From Desulfatiglandales bacterium (GTDB taxonomy: Bacteria > Desulfobacterota > DSM-4660 > Desulfatiglandales > Desulfatiglandaceae), in the NCBI GenBank assembly GCA_963666345.1, contig OY762721.1, forward strand, positions 3,168,001 through 3,232,000: a stretch of DNA of 64,000 bases. The letters are read 5' to 3'. The translations under genes were made by a program, and so were the position numbers. A model generated the notes under the pieces. It was given only the letters and a program-made list of their open reading frames with translations, was not told the origin of the DNA and did not search any database. Below, piece after piece: positions 29,649 to 40,852 of the stretch. The first letter of the stretch is position 1. Each line of letters begins with the position of its first letter.

Positions 29649-31181
29649 ATGGGCAAGAAGATTTCCCTTGTTCTAGGGCTTTTGATATCCATGGCTACTG
29701 TTTTCATCACTCCTGTATATGGTTCTACAAGGGGCCTTGTCGTAAGCTCAAGCGACGGCCGGAAGATTCATTTCTATGATGATTATCATGCCCTGGTGAT
29801 AGGGGTATCAAATTACAGACACTGGCCCAAACTTCCATACGCAGTGGATGATGCAAAAGAGGTGGCGGGTAAGCTGAAACAGCTTGGTTTTGAGACAAAA
29901 TTGTGTCTAGATCCAACTTACAGAGATATGAAGGCGGCCCTGACAGATATGACTTACAATGTGGGCGATGAACCAGACCGGGCACTGCTATTGTACTATG
30001 CAGGTCACGGAGAGACCGAGTCTCTTGCCGACAAAACAAAGATGGGATATATCATCCCTTCAGACTGCCCTCTTATAAGAACAAATCCCCTTGAATTTTC
30101 CAACCGTGCAATAAGTATGCGGGAGATAGAGTCCGTGTCTCTCAAGATAAGATCCAGGCATGTACTGATGCTTTTTGATTCATGTTTCTCAGGATCGATA
30201 TTTTCCCTTGTGCGGGCAGTACCTGACGATATTTCAGAAAAGAGCACCCTTCCGGTAAGACAATACATCACTGCAGGAAAAAGCGACGAGGTCGTGCCTG
30301 ACAGAAGCATGTTTAAAAGGTGTCTTCTTATAGGTCTTGAAGGGGATGCCGATTTTACGGGTGACGGATATATAACGGGAACCGAACTTGGCATGTATCT
30401 TTCAGACAAGGTGGTCAACTATACCAAACGGAGGCAGCATCCCCAATACGGAAAGATAAACAACCCTCAGTTGGACAGAGGTGATTTTATCTTTATACCC
30501 AGGAAACCGGTCCCTGATGATGTGGCCGATTCTAAGGCGGTAAAAGATGAACAAGACAGGCTCGTTGCTCTGGAAATGGAAAAATTGAGGAGAGAGAATG
30601 AAGAGCTGAAAAAGATGAAAGACCTGATCGATGAAAATAGAAGGCTTAAGGAGGGATTCCGACCAGTTGAGTCACAAAAGGAAATAAAAGGGGCCTCTTT
30701 ATCCCGGCACAATGACAGGACAAGGTTTAAGGTAGCTATTTTCCCATTTTATTTAATAGAATTTGACAGACAATTTCATTCAGAGGTTGTTGGTAATATC
30801 TTTGAAACCCTGGAAAAACAGATGGATATTGAAACCCTGTTTACCTGTTACCGTATCAAAACCGATAAAAAATATGTGAAAGACATAAAGGGGTCAATCG
30901 GGCGAAAAGAGATATGGAAAGAAGGTTTTTTCTCCGAGCCCGAACCTATCCTGGAAACCATAACAAGGAAAGGGAATGATATCGGTGCGGATCTGGTCAT
31001 AACCTATTATCTTGAAGGCGTTAATGAGGGGGATTTATCCGCCTATCTGATTGATATAAAAAAATCCAAAATATATAACGTCAAAGGCTCCTATATGGGG
31101 CGTGATGTTCGGACGGTTGAAACCGAGATGTTAAACAATCAGCTGGTTGAAAAATTTTTGAAAAACCGTCAGGCACCTTGA
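29649..31181 (+). CDS. Caspase-like peptidase C14 with N-terminal signal/anchor, coiled coil and C-terminal alpha/beta domain
   Basis: 'ALVIG', YAGHG (His), FDSCFSG (Cys), 'DGYIT..EL..Y', 'QHPQ'. Confidence 0.88.
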   Translation: MGKKISLVLGLLISMATVFITPVYGSTRGLVVSSSDGRKIHFYDDYHALVIGVSNYRHWPKLPYAVDDAKEVAGKLKQLGFETKLCLDPTYRDMKAALTDMTYNVGDEPDRALLLYYAGHGETESLADKTKMGYIIPSDCPLIRTNPLEFSNRAISMREIESVSLKIRSRHVLMLFDSCFSGSIFSLVRAVPDDISEKSTLPVRQYITAGKSDEVVPDRSMFKRCLLIGLEGDADFTGDGYITGTELGMYLSDKVVNYTKRRQHPQYGKINNPQLDRGDFIFIPRKPVPDDVADSKAVKDEQDRLVALEMEKLRRENEELKKMKDLIDENRRLKEGFRPVESQKEIKGASLSRHNDRTRFKVAIFPFYLIEFDRQFHSEVVGNIFETLEKQMDIETLFTCYRIKTDKKYVKDIKGSIGRKEIWKEGFFSEPEPILETITRKGNDIGADLVITYYLEGVNEGDLSAYLIDIKKSKIYNVKGSYMGRDVRTVETEMLNNQLVEKFLKNRQAP

Positions 31182-31266
31182 AGCTCTATTCGTATGAGGC
31201 ATCCCCTGACAGATATGACCTGCAATATGGTGTTCGCATCCAGTTCAAACTGATACTCCAAAGGAG

Positions 31267-32151
31267 ATGAAATTAATGGCAGATAACAAACTCGTAGTGA
31301 CGGTAAGCGTTACAGGCAGCATGGGGGCGGCAGATACCCCTTACCTTCCGGTCACTCCCAGGCAGATAGCCGAAAGCGCCGTTGAGGCAGGTAAAGCAGG
31401 TGCATCAGTGGCCCATATACACGTGCGGGATCCGGAAACAGGAACACCGGCCATGGGATTTGATCTCTACAGGGAGGTGGTGGAGCGCATCAGGGATCAC
31501 TCCGATCTTATCATCAACCTGACCACGGGGGCGGGTGCCAGGGTAATCCCGGATGGAAACGATCCGGTCGGGCTGGCAGAAGGCTCCACTCTTGCCCCGC
31601 CTGAAAAGCGCGTGGAGCATGTGCTCAAGTTAAGGCCTGAGCTCTGTTCCCTGGACGTGGGGTCCATGGATTTCGGTCCGCATGTGTTTGTAAACTACAG
31701 TGCGCATGTCGATATTATGGCCGAGCAGATCCGAGATGCAGGAGTTATTCCTGAACTGGAGGTGTTCAGCCTGGGGCATATCGAAATCGCCAAACGCTTG
31801 ATTGAAACAGGAAGGGTCAAAAACCCGCCCCTTTTTCAGTTGTGTATGGGAATCCCCTGGGGCATTCCCGCCAACACTCAGAACATGGTGTCCATGGTCC
31901 AGGCACTGCCCAAAGACGCCATCTGGGCGGGCTTTGGAGTCTCCGCCGGCTGCTTTCCCATGATGGCGCAGTCCGCGATCCTGGGCGGAAATATCAGGGT
32001 GGGCATGGAGGATACCTTTTATCTGGAAAAGGGGGTTCGGGCCAAGAGCAACAGGGAACTGGTGGAAAAAGCGGTTTCCATCATACGGCTTCTGGGCAAA
32101 GAGCCTGCCACGCCCGATGAGGCAAGGCAGCTGCTTAATATCGGCTCCTGA
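31267..32151 (+). CDS. Beta-keto acid cleavage enzyme (BKACE/DUF849, Kce family)
   Basis: 'AGASVAHIHVRD', 'PELCSLD.GS', 'RVGMED', 'ATPDEAR'. Confidence 0.92.
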   Translation: MKLMADNKLVVTVSVTGSMGAADTPYLPVTPRQIAESAVEAGKAGASVAHIHVRDPETGTPAMGFDLYREVVERIRDHSDLIINLTTGAGARVIPDGNDPVGLAEGSTLAPPEKRVEHVLKLRPELCSLDVGSMDFGPHVFVNYSAHVDIMAEQIRDAGVIPELEVFSLGHIEIAKRLIETGRVKNPPLFQLCMGIPWGIPANTQNMVSMVQALPKDAIWAGFGVSAGCFPMMAQSAILGGNIRVGMEDTFYLEKGVRAKSNRELVEKAVSIIRLLGKEPATPDEARQLLNIGS

Positions 32152-32336
32152 CTAGGTCCGTCCAGAGATTCAGGCCTTCACCCGCCGGGGCGAAAAAACG
32201 GCAGGATCCTGCCGGTCGGCCGGACCGGAATTACCGAAGGGTTATCTTTCCGGGCTGGACCAGGTTTTTGTCGGCCTCACGGTTTATATGGGACAATCCC
32301 GGCAGCACACACCGGGAAAAACGGTATGCGGACTTT

Positions 32337-34313
32337 TCAAAGCCCATTACAAGGGGCGGACGTTGCCATTATATGAAAGGCCTCCCTTTCCTTTTCACCC
32401 CCTATAATTGCGATAAGGTCATCGGGCATTAAAACGAAATCCGCGTCAGGGTTCGGCCTTAGTTGACCTTCACGGACAATACCCACGATAGAGGCGCCTG
32501 TTTTTTTTCGTATTTCGCTTTCTCCTATCGATTTTTGGATAATTCCGCTTTCCGGAGTTAAGCGGGTCCATTGCAGATCAAATTGTTGTTCGGCGCCTCG
32601 AAGCTGGGACAGTATTTTGTAATTTTGGCCGTCCTTAAAAGAACAGGCATAAAGCTTCTGTCGAGCCGTATCGGTGCAGCGCTGAATTTCGGGCGGGGGA
32701 ACCTGAAGACTGAGAAGCGACTGCCGTATCATCTCGAGGCTTGCCTCGAACTCCGGAAAGACAACACCTGAGACTCCCAAATCCATATACAAACTGAAAT
32801 AATCCGGCCCCGATGTCCTGGCCACTATTGGGATTTGTTTGTTTAAGCGCTTTGAGTTGACTATAACCGATCTTGCCGCAACAAGCCCGGGGACCGTCAA
32901 AATCAAAAGGGAAGCATTTTTGATATATCCCGCCTCAAGAACAATTTCGTTACCGGCATCGCCGTAAACGACCGCCATCCCTGCTCTTTTGGCCTGTTCA
33001 AAGCGTCTGTGGTCAAGTTCGATGAGCACAAATTGCCTGCCCAGGCGCTTCAGCGATTGTGCTATCTGAAAGCCTACATGCCCGCCTCCGGCTATGACTA
33101 CATGCCCGGAAAGTCCGGCATCGGGAATATTAGATTTCTCGAGCGTTTCATGGCAAAACCATCGTTTTTTAAATGCATATATCCTTGCGGTCTGGCCCGA
33201 GACGAGAGGGGTAAGTACCATTGTCAAGATTGTGGTGGTCAGCACCAGAGAGTAAAGATCTCTCCCAATCGAGTTTGTTGACAGGCCCACCCTTGCCAGA
33301 ACAAAGGAAAACTCACCGATTTGGAAAAGACCCAGTCCGACTGCCAGGGGTATTACATTCCCATATTTGAAAAAGCGAGCTATAAGCGCGAAGATAAATC
33401 CCTTGCCGATGCTTACAGCCAGAACCAGGACAAGGATTTGCTGAACATTTTTGAACATAAACATCGGGTCCAGAAGCATTCCGACCGAGGTGAAAAACAG
33501 CAAACCAAAAAGGTCCCGAAGCGGGACAATATCACTCAGTGCCTGGTAGCCGTAGTCCGATTCGCTTAGTACCATGCCTGCTACAAATGCGCCAAAGGCA
33601 AAGGAAAGCCCCATAATGTGCGTAACATATCCAACCCCCAGGCCGATGGCGGTTATTGCGAGTAAAAAAAGCTCCCTTGAACCGAGCTTGGCAATATGAG
33701 CCAGCAAATGCGGCAAAATTCTGGTTCCCAGTAAGATCATTCCAGCTATGAAGGCCGCAGCTTTCAGTACGGCTAAACCGAGGACAGGCAGTCCGACCCT
33801 CGGATCGTTGAGCTGAGGAAGAATTATCATCATCGGGACCACAGCCAGATCCTGTGCTATGAGCATCCCTATCATCACCTTGCTCGAAAGGGTTCCCAGC
33901 CAGCCTTGGTTCATAAGCGTTTTGAGGATAACCATGGTGCTCGAAAGGGAGATAAGCGCACCGAGCCATAGCGATGATTTCCAGTCCCACCCCATCAAAT
34001 GGCCGATAGCACTACCGAGGCCTATGGTAAGGATAATTTGTATGGGTGTCCCTATCAGGGCTACCTTCCTGACCGGTTTTAGATCTTTGAGTGAAAACTC
34101 CAGCCCGAGTGCGAACAGAAGAAGCGCAATCCCGATTTCGGCGAGCAATTCGATCTCTTGAATGTTTGAGACCGTGAGACCGCCGGTATATGGCCCCAGA
34201 ATAACCCCGGCCATGATATAGCCGAGGATTAATGGTTGACCGAGCCTTTGAAACAGCAGTCCGCAGAAAAATGCCGCAACGATAAGAAAGATGATGTCCG
34301 CCGCAATGCCCAT
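32337..34313 (-). CDS. CPA2 cation:proton antiporter (Kef/YbaL-like) with TrkA-N and TrkA-C domains
   Basis: 'LSST', 'QD', 'LFF.SVG', 'QIGEFSFVL', GGGHVG, 'YGDA', C-terminal RCK-C. Confidence 0.92.
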   Translation of the reverse strand: MGIAADIIFLIVAAFFCGLLFQRLGQPLILGYIMAGVILGPYTGGLTVSNIQEIELLAEIGIALLLFALGLEFSLKDLKPVRKVALIGTPIQIILTIGLGSAIGHLMGWDWKSSLWLGALISLSSTMVILKTLMNQGWLGTLSSKVMIGMLIAQDLAVVPMMIILPQLNDPRVGLPVLGLAVLKAAAFIAGMILLGTRILPHLLAHIAKLGSRELFLLAITAIGLGVGYVTHIMGLSFAFGAFVAGMVLSESDYGYQALSDIVPLRDLFGLLFFTSVGMLLDPMFMFKNVQQILVLVLAVSIGKGFIFALIARFFKYGNVIPLAVGLGLFQIGEFSFVLARVGLSTNSIGRDLYSLVLTTTILTMVLTPLVSGQTARIYAFKKRWFCHETLEKSNIPDAGLSGHVVIAGGGHVGFQIAQSLKRLGRQFVLIELDHRRFEQAKRAGMAVVYGDAGNEIVLEAGYIKNASLLILTVPGLVAARSVIVNSKRLNKQIPIVARTSGPDYFSLYMDLGVSGVVFPEFEASLEMIRQSLLSLQVPPPEIQRCTDTARQKLYACSFKDGQNYKILSQLRGAEQQFDLQWTRLTPESGIIQKSIGESEIRKKTGASIVGIVREGQLRPNPDADFVLMPDDLIAIIGGEKEREAFHIMATSAPCNGL

Positions 34314-34415
34314 TAATTTATCCTGTCTGTTTTAAGCGTTACAAATATCCTGTGAGATCCGCCGGGGACAGTTCCGCGGTGGTCAACAAAAGACGACCTT
34401 CCAGAAATATAAGGC

Positions 34416-34832
34416 TTATGTTGAAATGCTATTTCCAGGACCGGTGGCCATGGATAAAAGTAAGTGAGCTGATTCATTTTTTTGTGTGCAGCAGATGATC
34501 TTTTCAAAGGCTGCCCGAATGGCTGTATCCTGATAGTAACGGGCCTTGGGTTGGGCGGGACTGTCCGCCATAAAGAGGATTGCCGCCTGCGGGTTGTGGA
34601 TAGCGATACCGGTATCCCCGGCATAACGGGCAGTAAGATCCGGATGGCTGGGAAAATCCTGAAAGGGAAACGGCCCGACCTGCAAGCCGGTGAATTTGTG
34701 GAACTGGCCATAGCGATAACCATTGATAGCGAAAACATGCTTTACGTCATGGCGCCGACAGTCGGCATAGCCCTTTTCACGCAGAATTGGATCTATCAGG
34801 TAATAACGGGTTTCAGCTTCGTTGCAGGTCAT
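34416..34832 (-). pseudogene. hsdR: Truncated, internally deleted type I restriction subunit R (EcoAI/EcoEI-like) remnant
   Basis: 'NEAETR..LIDP.L...G', 'F..NG', Q-motif 'RYYQ..AI', ends at a broken Walker A 'SMATGPG'. Confidence 0.75.
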
Positions 34833-35215
34833 AAAACCTCCCAGTGGCCGCCCCTGGCCGGGCCGATGCGTCTCAGCATGGCTTTAGCCTTAAACTTCTT
34901 TATGTTCTCTTCAATTTTCCTGCTGGATATTCCAACAATTTTAGACAATTCTTTTGCGGAAACATGTGGATTATGAATAATTTCTTTAATGATTAATTGC
35001 TGATTTTGAGACAATTTTTCACCGACCTTTTTACAGGCTTTCAGTAAACCTTTGCAGTGAAAAGGCAACCGTCCCGGTCATCAGTAAAATCAGTCTCCGG
35101 GCAGGCCTCCAGTGCTCGCTTTACGCCGGAGCCGAACCCCCTGTAAGGCAGCAGCCCCTTTGCAACATATGAAACCAGTATGGAATTGGCCATAATGGGG
35201 TTGCCGGCCCGTTTT
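34829..35215 (-). pseudogene. Frameshifted remnant of an AlbA_2/HATPase_c_4/HTH ('RecG-like') gene
   Basis: Minus strand RAGNPIMANSILVSYVAKGLLPYRGFGSGVKRALEACPETDFTDDRDGCLFTAKVY*, then in another frame an HTH ending 'LRRIGPARGGHWEV'; stop overlaps the hsdR ATG. Confidence 0.72.
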
Positions 35216-35869
35216 CTCAGTTATTTAAAATGGTATAGCTCAAGTTCGGCGATCGGGCCGAATAATTCTATTTATATTGATCTATCGGGTAATATGTTAA
35301 AATTTTGGGACATAATCAAGGTGTTTCTATTTTATGAGAACCTGTTAGCGGCCTTCCCCGGCAGGGCACTCTCTTTCATATTGTTTACCTTGGTAAACAT
35401 ATTAAACCTAAATTGTTTACTTGTGAACTCATTTGGCTGTTCTTAACTCCAAATTATAGAGGTCTTTTAATCTGTAAACATTTGTTTCAACCGTATTTTT
35501 ATCTATCTTGCCCGTCAGGTGAAAGGAGGTATTTGTCACATATGATTTCCGTGATTTCGGGATGTAGCGGTGGCAGCCTAATCTGAATAAACAGTAAGGG
35601 GTGGAACGGTTCCGGAATCTCCACATCCCCATTATCGGATTTACGCAGCTTGTTCAATCCGGCTTGAATTCAATGCTGATTGGAATTTCGTTGGGTGAGC
35701 GATGCGGATTGTTAAACAAGTTGCTTTGCTCACCAGTAGTGAGCGCATATTTTTTTCAGCTTGGATCGCGGGTCGAACCGAAATAACCGGGTGAAATAAG
35801 ATTAAAAGACTGAGGCTTTGAGCGCTTTTCATGTCTTACCCCATCGGTTCGGATATTAAAATGGGGTGC

Positions 35870-36703
35870 CTAAGGTATGAAAACACTTTTCCCATCCCCA
35901 TCCGGCCGGTCGTTATCTGTCAATGCTTCGATCATCCCCATGGCCTCGAAGGCCGCCTCTACCAGGTCGTCGTCCCGGGACTTTGTGAAAGCATGGAGAT
36001 ACGTGCCCGCTTCATTGGGATTGACGGTCACAGAGGCGTCCATGGCGGCAATGAGTAGCCTTTTGTCCTCATCTTCAGCCTCCAGAATTCGCCTTACGGC
36101 TAGCCATGCCGCCTCGACTTCCCACGCCTCGGCCGCACGGACCGCATGATAGCGGAATTCCGGATCTTCGTTTTCCAGGGTCTCCAGAATCTGTTCGGAA
36201 AAACCGTCGACAAAGCGCATGCAGAAGACCGCCGTCAACCTCCACTCCCGGTCATCTTGGGCATAGGCCTCCCGGACCGCCTCCGGGTGCCATTGCTCGG
36301 GTGAACGCACAGACCCTTCGAGAATTTTCCGCCTTACAATTTTCGGCAGCTCCTGCGACATGTAAAGCGTCTGAAGGGTCGCCCGGATCTCATTGTACAG
36401 GGATTCGGAAACCAGGATATCGTCGGGGTCATCAAATCCCATGATAAAGGCGTTCTCAAGGGCTGTCCCCAGGGAGGTGGTCGCTTCGCTCCGCAGTTCG
36501 TCATCCTCAGTGTCGTCCTTCACGACTGCAAGCAGGGTCCCGGCCAGATCATCATTGATGACGGTGTAGTCTCCTGCCATAACCGCGGCGAGCACCCGCT
36601 CCGGTGTATCCAGTTCACGGTTCAGGATCACCTCCAGAAACACCCGGCCCGCATCCTCCGGCCACTCCCAGGGCGGAGTGTCTTTAAGCCGCTTAAGATC
36701 CAT
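35870..36703 (-). CDS. Acidic HEAT-repeat protein
   Basis: Repeated helical units 'LR.EA...LG', 'RYHAVRAA', 'AAFEAMG'; GGAGG RBS. Confidence 0.75.
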   Translation of the reverse strand: MDLKRLKDTPPWEWPEDAGRVFLEVILNRELDTPERVLAAVMAGDYTVINDDLAGTLLAVVKDDTEDDELRSEATTSLGTALENAFIMGFDDPDDILVSESLYNEIRATLQTLYMSQELPKIVRRKILEGSVRSPEQWHPEAVREAYAQDDREWRLTAVFCMRFVDGFSEQILETLENEDPEFRYHAVRAAEAWEVEAAWLAVRRILEAEDEDKRLLIAAMDASVTVNPNEAGTYLHAFTKSRDDDLVEAAFEAMGMIEALTDNDRPDGDGKSVFIP

Positions 36704-36828
36704 GACGTTCCCTCCTTCTCATTCAATCTTGGCCCTTTTATTTAGATGAATTCTTTTGGAGATTATCGATGAAAACTATATTATCCTGTTTTTAATCAGT
36801 ATGGTAGTACAAACTGAAAAGGAACGAT

Positions 36829-37719
36829 TTACGTCATGGATTCATCCTGTTCACTGGACACCATCTCATAGGCCGCCGATGAGGCTTTATCATAAATGAT
36901 CTCAAGCGCTTCTGAAAGATCAGTGTCTCCTCGCCAGAATGGAAAAGGGCCGAGTCGCTTGGGTAGAACTGCAGGAATCAAAGGAATAACGGCATCAAAA
37001 GGCCCTGCAAATGATGCCTTTACCGGATGCCAGAAGTCCACCGGCTTTTGAGGCAGGGGATCCGGCAGTGCATCCAGGCTGTCTGGGACCGGAGACGGGG
37101 AATCTTTCCCCTTTAATGACCCTTCTTCGAGTAGTTCGAAAAAGGCCTTCCGTCCCATGCCCCGGATCCGGAAAAGGAGAAAGGGGTCATTGTCAAACTG
37201 TTCGGCCAGGAGGTAATAGACCGCTGCGATATGCTTACAGGGATTGGACCAGTCCGGGCAGGAACATTCGGTACGAAGGTCTCCGTGCCTTTCCGGGAAA
37301 AGAGTCAGTCTGTTTTCTTCGAAAATCTCCTCCATGGCCTGGGGCATGTTGCCGGAAAGGAGGCGGGCCAGGTGGATAGGGCGCTTTTTCAGGCTCTCGG
37401 CAATTTTTTTCCATCCGGGCCGGTTGATACGTTTCAGCCGTATAGTGACCTGATAGGCCTCTGACCGGGAGCCCTGCACCCTTGCACGGATTTCCCCCTT
37501 GCGGATATCAAGATCCGCCACCTGCCCCCGCCGGGCATAAGACCGGCCCCTCACCAGTCTCGCACCGATCTGAAAGGATTCCAGGACTTCGATCCACCGT
37601 TTTCCCCACCACTCCCTGACAAACCCTCCACGCCGGGTCTGGGCCTTGATGCCGCCCCGCACTGCCCTGGGAGTTGTGGGCTCGTACCAGAAATAGCCTC
37701 TGTATCGGTTTCTTGCCAT
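36829..37719 (-). CDS. SWIM zinc finger protein (partner of SNF2)
   Basis: 'RLVRGRSYAR.G.V', CSCPDWSNPCKH, 'DPFLLF..RG'. Confidence 0.92.
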   Translation of the reverse strand: MARNRYRGYFWYEPTTPRAVRGGIKAQTRRGGFVREWWGKRWIEVLESFQIGARLVRGRSYARRGQVADLDIRKGEIRARVQGSRSEAYQVTIRLKRINRPGWKKIAESLKKRPIHLARLLSGNMPQAMEEIFEENRLTLFPERHGDLRTECSCPDWSNPCKHIAAVYYLLAEQFDNDPFLLFRIRGMGRKAFFELLEEGSLKGKDSPSPVPDSLDALPDPLPQKPVDFWHPVKASFAGPFDAVIPLIPAVLPKRLGPFPFWRGDTDLSEALEIIYDKASSAAYEMVSSEQDESMT

Positions 37720-37720
37720 A

Positions 37721-40700
37721 TTAATCTCCTGCGGCATCCTTTCCGAGCTGTATCAAATCATTGAGTTCATCATTCGATATTTCCGTGAGCCAGGCCTCTC
37801 CCGCTCCCACCACTTGGTCCGCCACGGCCGTCTTGCGCTCGATCAGGTCATCGATCCGTTCCTCAAGAGTTCCCGCGCAGAGGAATTTGTGGACCTGCAC
37901 CGAACGGATCTGCCCGATTCTGAAGGCCCTGTCCGTGGCCTGGTTTTCCACGGCCGGATTCCACCACCGGTCAAAATGAAAGACATGATTGGCCCGGGTT
38001 AGATTCAGTCCGGTTCCGCCTGCTTTGAGTGAGAGAATGAAAAACGGCGGTGCATCATCGGCCTCCTGAAACCGTTCGATCATCCGGTCCCTCTGCTTCC
38101 TGGAAACCCCTCCATGCAGGAAAAGGGCCTCCAGGCCGAAGGTTTCCTGAAGGTGGCGTTTCAGGATTTCTCCCATCTCCGTAAACTGGGTGAACAGCAG
38201 GGATCGCTCTCCTGCTTCAAGTATCTCCTCCAAAAGTTCCTCCAGCCGACCCAACTTTCCGGACCTGCCCGAAGCTTCGGATCGGTCTTTCAGAAAGTGT
38301 GCGGGATGATTGCATACCTGTTTGAGCCGGGTCAGAAGGGAAAGGACAAGACCTCTTCGCTGCATGCCCTCGGCCTCGGCCAAGGCCTGCTTCATTTCCC
38401 TGATAACGGCCGCGTAGAGCGTGGCCTGCTCCCGGGTCAGTGTACAGAAGACCTTGGTTTCCACTTTTTTCGGGAGGTCGGAGATGATGGAGGTGTCTGT
38501 TTTAAGGCGTCGCAGGACAAAAGGGCTTGTCAGCCGCTTGAGTCTGGCAGCGGTTTCACGGTCACCTCTGCTCTGGATGGGGTTGAAAAAGAGTTCCTTG
38601 AAGGCCTTCCGGTTCCCAAGGAGTCCCGGATTCAGGAAATCCATGACAGCCCAGAGGTCCCCTACGTGATTTTCTACCGGCGTCCCGGTCAGGGCCACAC
38701 GGAAATGTGCATCCAGGTTTCGTGCGGCCCGAGATTGTTTTGTTTCAGGATTCTTTATGTTCTGGGCCTCATCCAGGATGACTCCGGCCCATTGAACCTG
38801 TTGCAGGGTTTTCAGATCCCTGTGAAGGAGCCCGTAGCTGGATATGACAGCGGCGCTATTCGTAACAGCTTTCGTGAAGGCTTTGCCTTTGTCCCGATCC
38901 TGGCCATGATGTACGAGCACGTCCATTTGGGGTGTAAATTTTTGTGCTTCCCGCTGCCAGTTATTGACAACGGAGGTTGGGCAGATGATCAGAAACGGCC
39001 TCGTTTCTCCATGTTCCCTTGCATTGGCCATAAGGGCCAGGGTCTGGATGGTTTTCCCCAGGCCCATGTCATCCGCTAGGCAGGCCCCGAGGCCCCAGTT
39101 CCTGAGAAACGTCAGCCATGTATAACCTCTTATCTGATAGGGCCTCAGCTCTCCCTCGAGAGTTTCCGGCGGGCCGAGGTCTTTAATGGGTTTACTGCCT
39201 TCCAGGTGTTCCAGCAGATCACCGATCCAGCCGGTCGCTCTGACACCCTTGAAGGGAAGCCCTTCAACCCGTTCTACAGCACCCAGTGCCATGAGCAGGA
39301 TGTCCCGGACGGATGCCTCTTCGTCCTGCCGTTTTTCCCAGAAGGCGGCCGCGGCTCTAAGCTGTTCGGCATCCAGTTCCACCCATTCGCCCCGGACCCG
39401 GACAAGGGAAGCCTTCATCTTTGCCATGGCAGTGAACTCTTCCGCTGTCAGGGCCTGCCCGCCCAGGGCAATCTCCCAGTCGAATCGGATAATATTGTCC
39501 AACCCCAGCTGGCTCTCGGTCTGCATGTCCTTGCTTTGGACTCGTGCTCCTAGGGAAAGACGGGTCTTTGCACCCTTCTCCGTCCACCAGGCCGGGAGAA
39601 TAACCCCGAAACCGGCGGATTCGAGAATCGGCGCATGGTCCCTTAGAAACGCATAAGCCCCTGAACCGTTCGTGTCGAACCCTGCGGGGTATTCGGATTC
39701 CAGGCTCCCTTCTACCCCCGGGCAGAGTCCGGATGCCTGCCCAAGAGATGTGTACAAAAACTCCTGAAGACCTTTGCCGTATCGCCGCAACATCCTGAAA
39801 GACGGGTTTTCGGGATCCCATACCTCTTCCGCAGGAACAATCAGGCTTCGATCTTCACGGGGCTGAACCAGATACCGTACCCGCCACGGATCATCATCCC
39901 CGCCCACGGAATCCGAAACCGTGGTTTCCCGGCTTTCTGTTGGCTCTTCAAGGCGAAAACAGAGGCGGAACGGTGATTGGGAGACCGTCCGGATCGGCCC
40001 CTGCCACCTTTGAAGATTTTGTATAAGAAAATCTAGCTGTTCGGGTTCTTCCCATTCCAGAGAAGGATTCGAACTCTTCAGGGTATGAATCCAAGCATCA
40101 TGGATGCTTCCGAAAGATGGTTTTTTTCGCCTTCCCGAACCACGTCCCGCTTCATGGTTCGATGCATCCCGGACAAGGCGGTCCAGCATGGAGGCAATGA
40201 ACTCGTAGCATGTCAACCGTGCCGATGTTTCTGGAGGATCAGCCTCATCCGGATTGGTCAGGCATCGGGCTGACGGCGGCATGTCGCCGCACCATTCCTC
40301 CCGGAACGATTCATCCCGGATTTCGAAGACCGGTTCCCACCGGGCCTGATATCCGTGCTCTTTTTTCAGCAGGCCCGGCAGATAGGCCTGTTTGGTCACA
40401 AGGGATCCTGCGAACCTAAGACCAGCGGTCCACCACCGAAGATCCGTACCCGGAAGTATCCCCCTGGCCAGAAGCCGTTTTCCTGCACAAAGGCAAAGAA
40501 AGTCCCGGGATTCTTCAAAGGTCAACAGACGTGCGGTAACGGTCCAGGGGTGAAGGGCGGTTCTGGTCTCGGGATCGGGGAATTCCCCGAGCAAAGGAGA
40601 GGAAGGGACAGGCCTGTTTTCCGCGGTGGGAAGCCAGGCTGAAAGGGTTTGTGTCCTTTTCTTTGAGACCGGAAGCTCTGCTGAAAAGGCCTTCAGGGCC

Positions 40701-40852
40701 TCCCTCAGCCCTTTGATACCTGTATCAAGCGGATGGGGCTCAGGCCGGCCGATGCGCCCGGGATGACCTTCAAGATTTCCGGACAAATTCGATGATTTTT
40801 CCCCCCAGAGATACAGGTTTCCTTCAAACCATGCGGCATGCAGTATGATCAT
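37721..40852 (-). CDS. SNF2-family helicase/ATPase with DUF3670-type N-terminal region
   Basis: LRPYQ, LADDMGLGKT, DEAQ, TGTPVEN, 'GGTGLNL', 'WWNPAVENQATDRAFRIGQ'. Confidence 0.95.
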   Translation of the reverse strand: MIILHAAWFEGNLYLWGEKSSNLSGNLEGHPGRIGRPEPHPLDTGIKGLREALKAFSAELPVSKKRTQTLSAWLPTAENRPVPSSPLLGEFPDPETRTALHPWTVTARLLTFEESRDFLCLCAGKRLLARGILPGTDLRWWTAGLRFAGSLVTKQAYLPGLLKKEHGYQARWEPVFEIRDESFREEWCGDMPPSARCLTNPDEADPPETSARLTCYEFIASMLDRLVRDASNHEAGRGSGRRKKPSFGSIHDAWIHTLKSSNPSLEWEEPEQLDFLIQNLQRWQGPIRTVSQSPFRLCFRLEEPTESRETTVSDSVGGDDDPWRVRYLVQPREDRSLIVPAEEVWDPENPSFRMLRRYGKGLQEFLYTSLGQASGLCPGVEGSLESEYPAGFDTNGSGAYAFLRDHAPILESAGFGVILPAWWTEKGAKTRLSLGARVQSKDMQTESQLGLDNIIRFDWEIALGGQALTAEEFTAMAKMKASLVRVRGEWVELDAEQLRAAAAFWEKRQDEEASVRDILLMALGAVERVEGLPFKGVRATGWIGDLLEHLEGSKPIKDLGPPETLEGELRPYQIRGYTWLTFLRNWGLGACLADDMGLGKTIQTLALMANAREHGETRPFLIICPTSVVNNWQREAQKFTPQMDVLVHHGQDRDKGKAFTKAVTNSAAVISSYGLLHRDLKTLQQVQWAGVILDEAQNIKNPETKQSRAARNLDAHFRVALTGTPVENHVGDLWAVMDFLNPGLLGNRKAFKELFFNPIQSRGDRETAARLKRLTSPFVLRRLKTDTSIISDLPKKVETKVFCTLTREQATLYAAVIREMKQALAEAEGMQRRGLVLSLLTRLKQVCNHPAHFLKDRSEASGRSGKLGRLEELLEEILEAGERSLLFTQFTEMGEILKRHLQETFGLEALFLHGGVSRKQRDRMIERFQEADDAPPFFILSLKAGGTGLNLTRANHVFHFDRWWNPAVENQATDRAFRIGQIRSVQVHKFLCAGTLEERIDDLIERKTAVADQVVGAGEAWLTEISNDELNDLIQLGKDAAGD

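Noticed and set aside
35215..35832. Short AT-rich ORFs between the AlbA remnant and the HEAT gene
   Set aside because: No recognisable motifs or RBS; probably debris
38114..39079. 321-aa plus-strand ORF
   Set aside because: Antisense to the conserved SNF2 gene; no protein motifs
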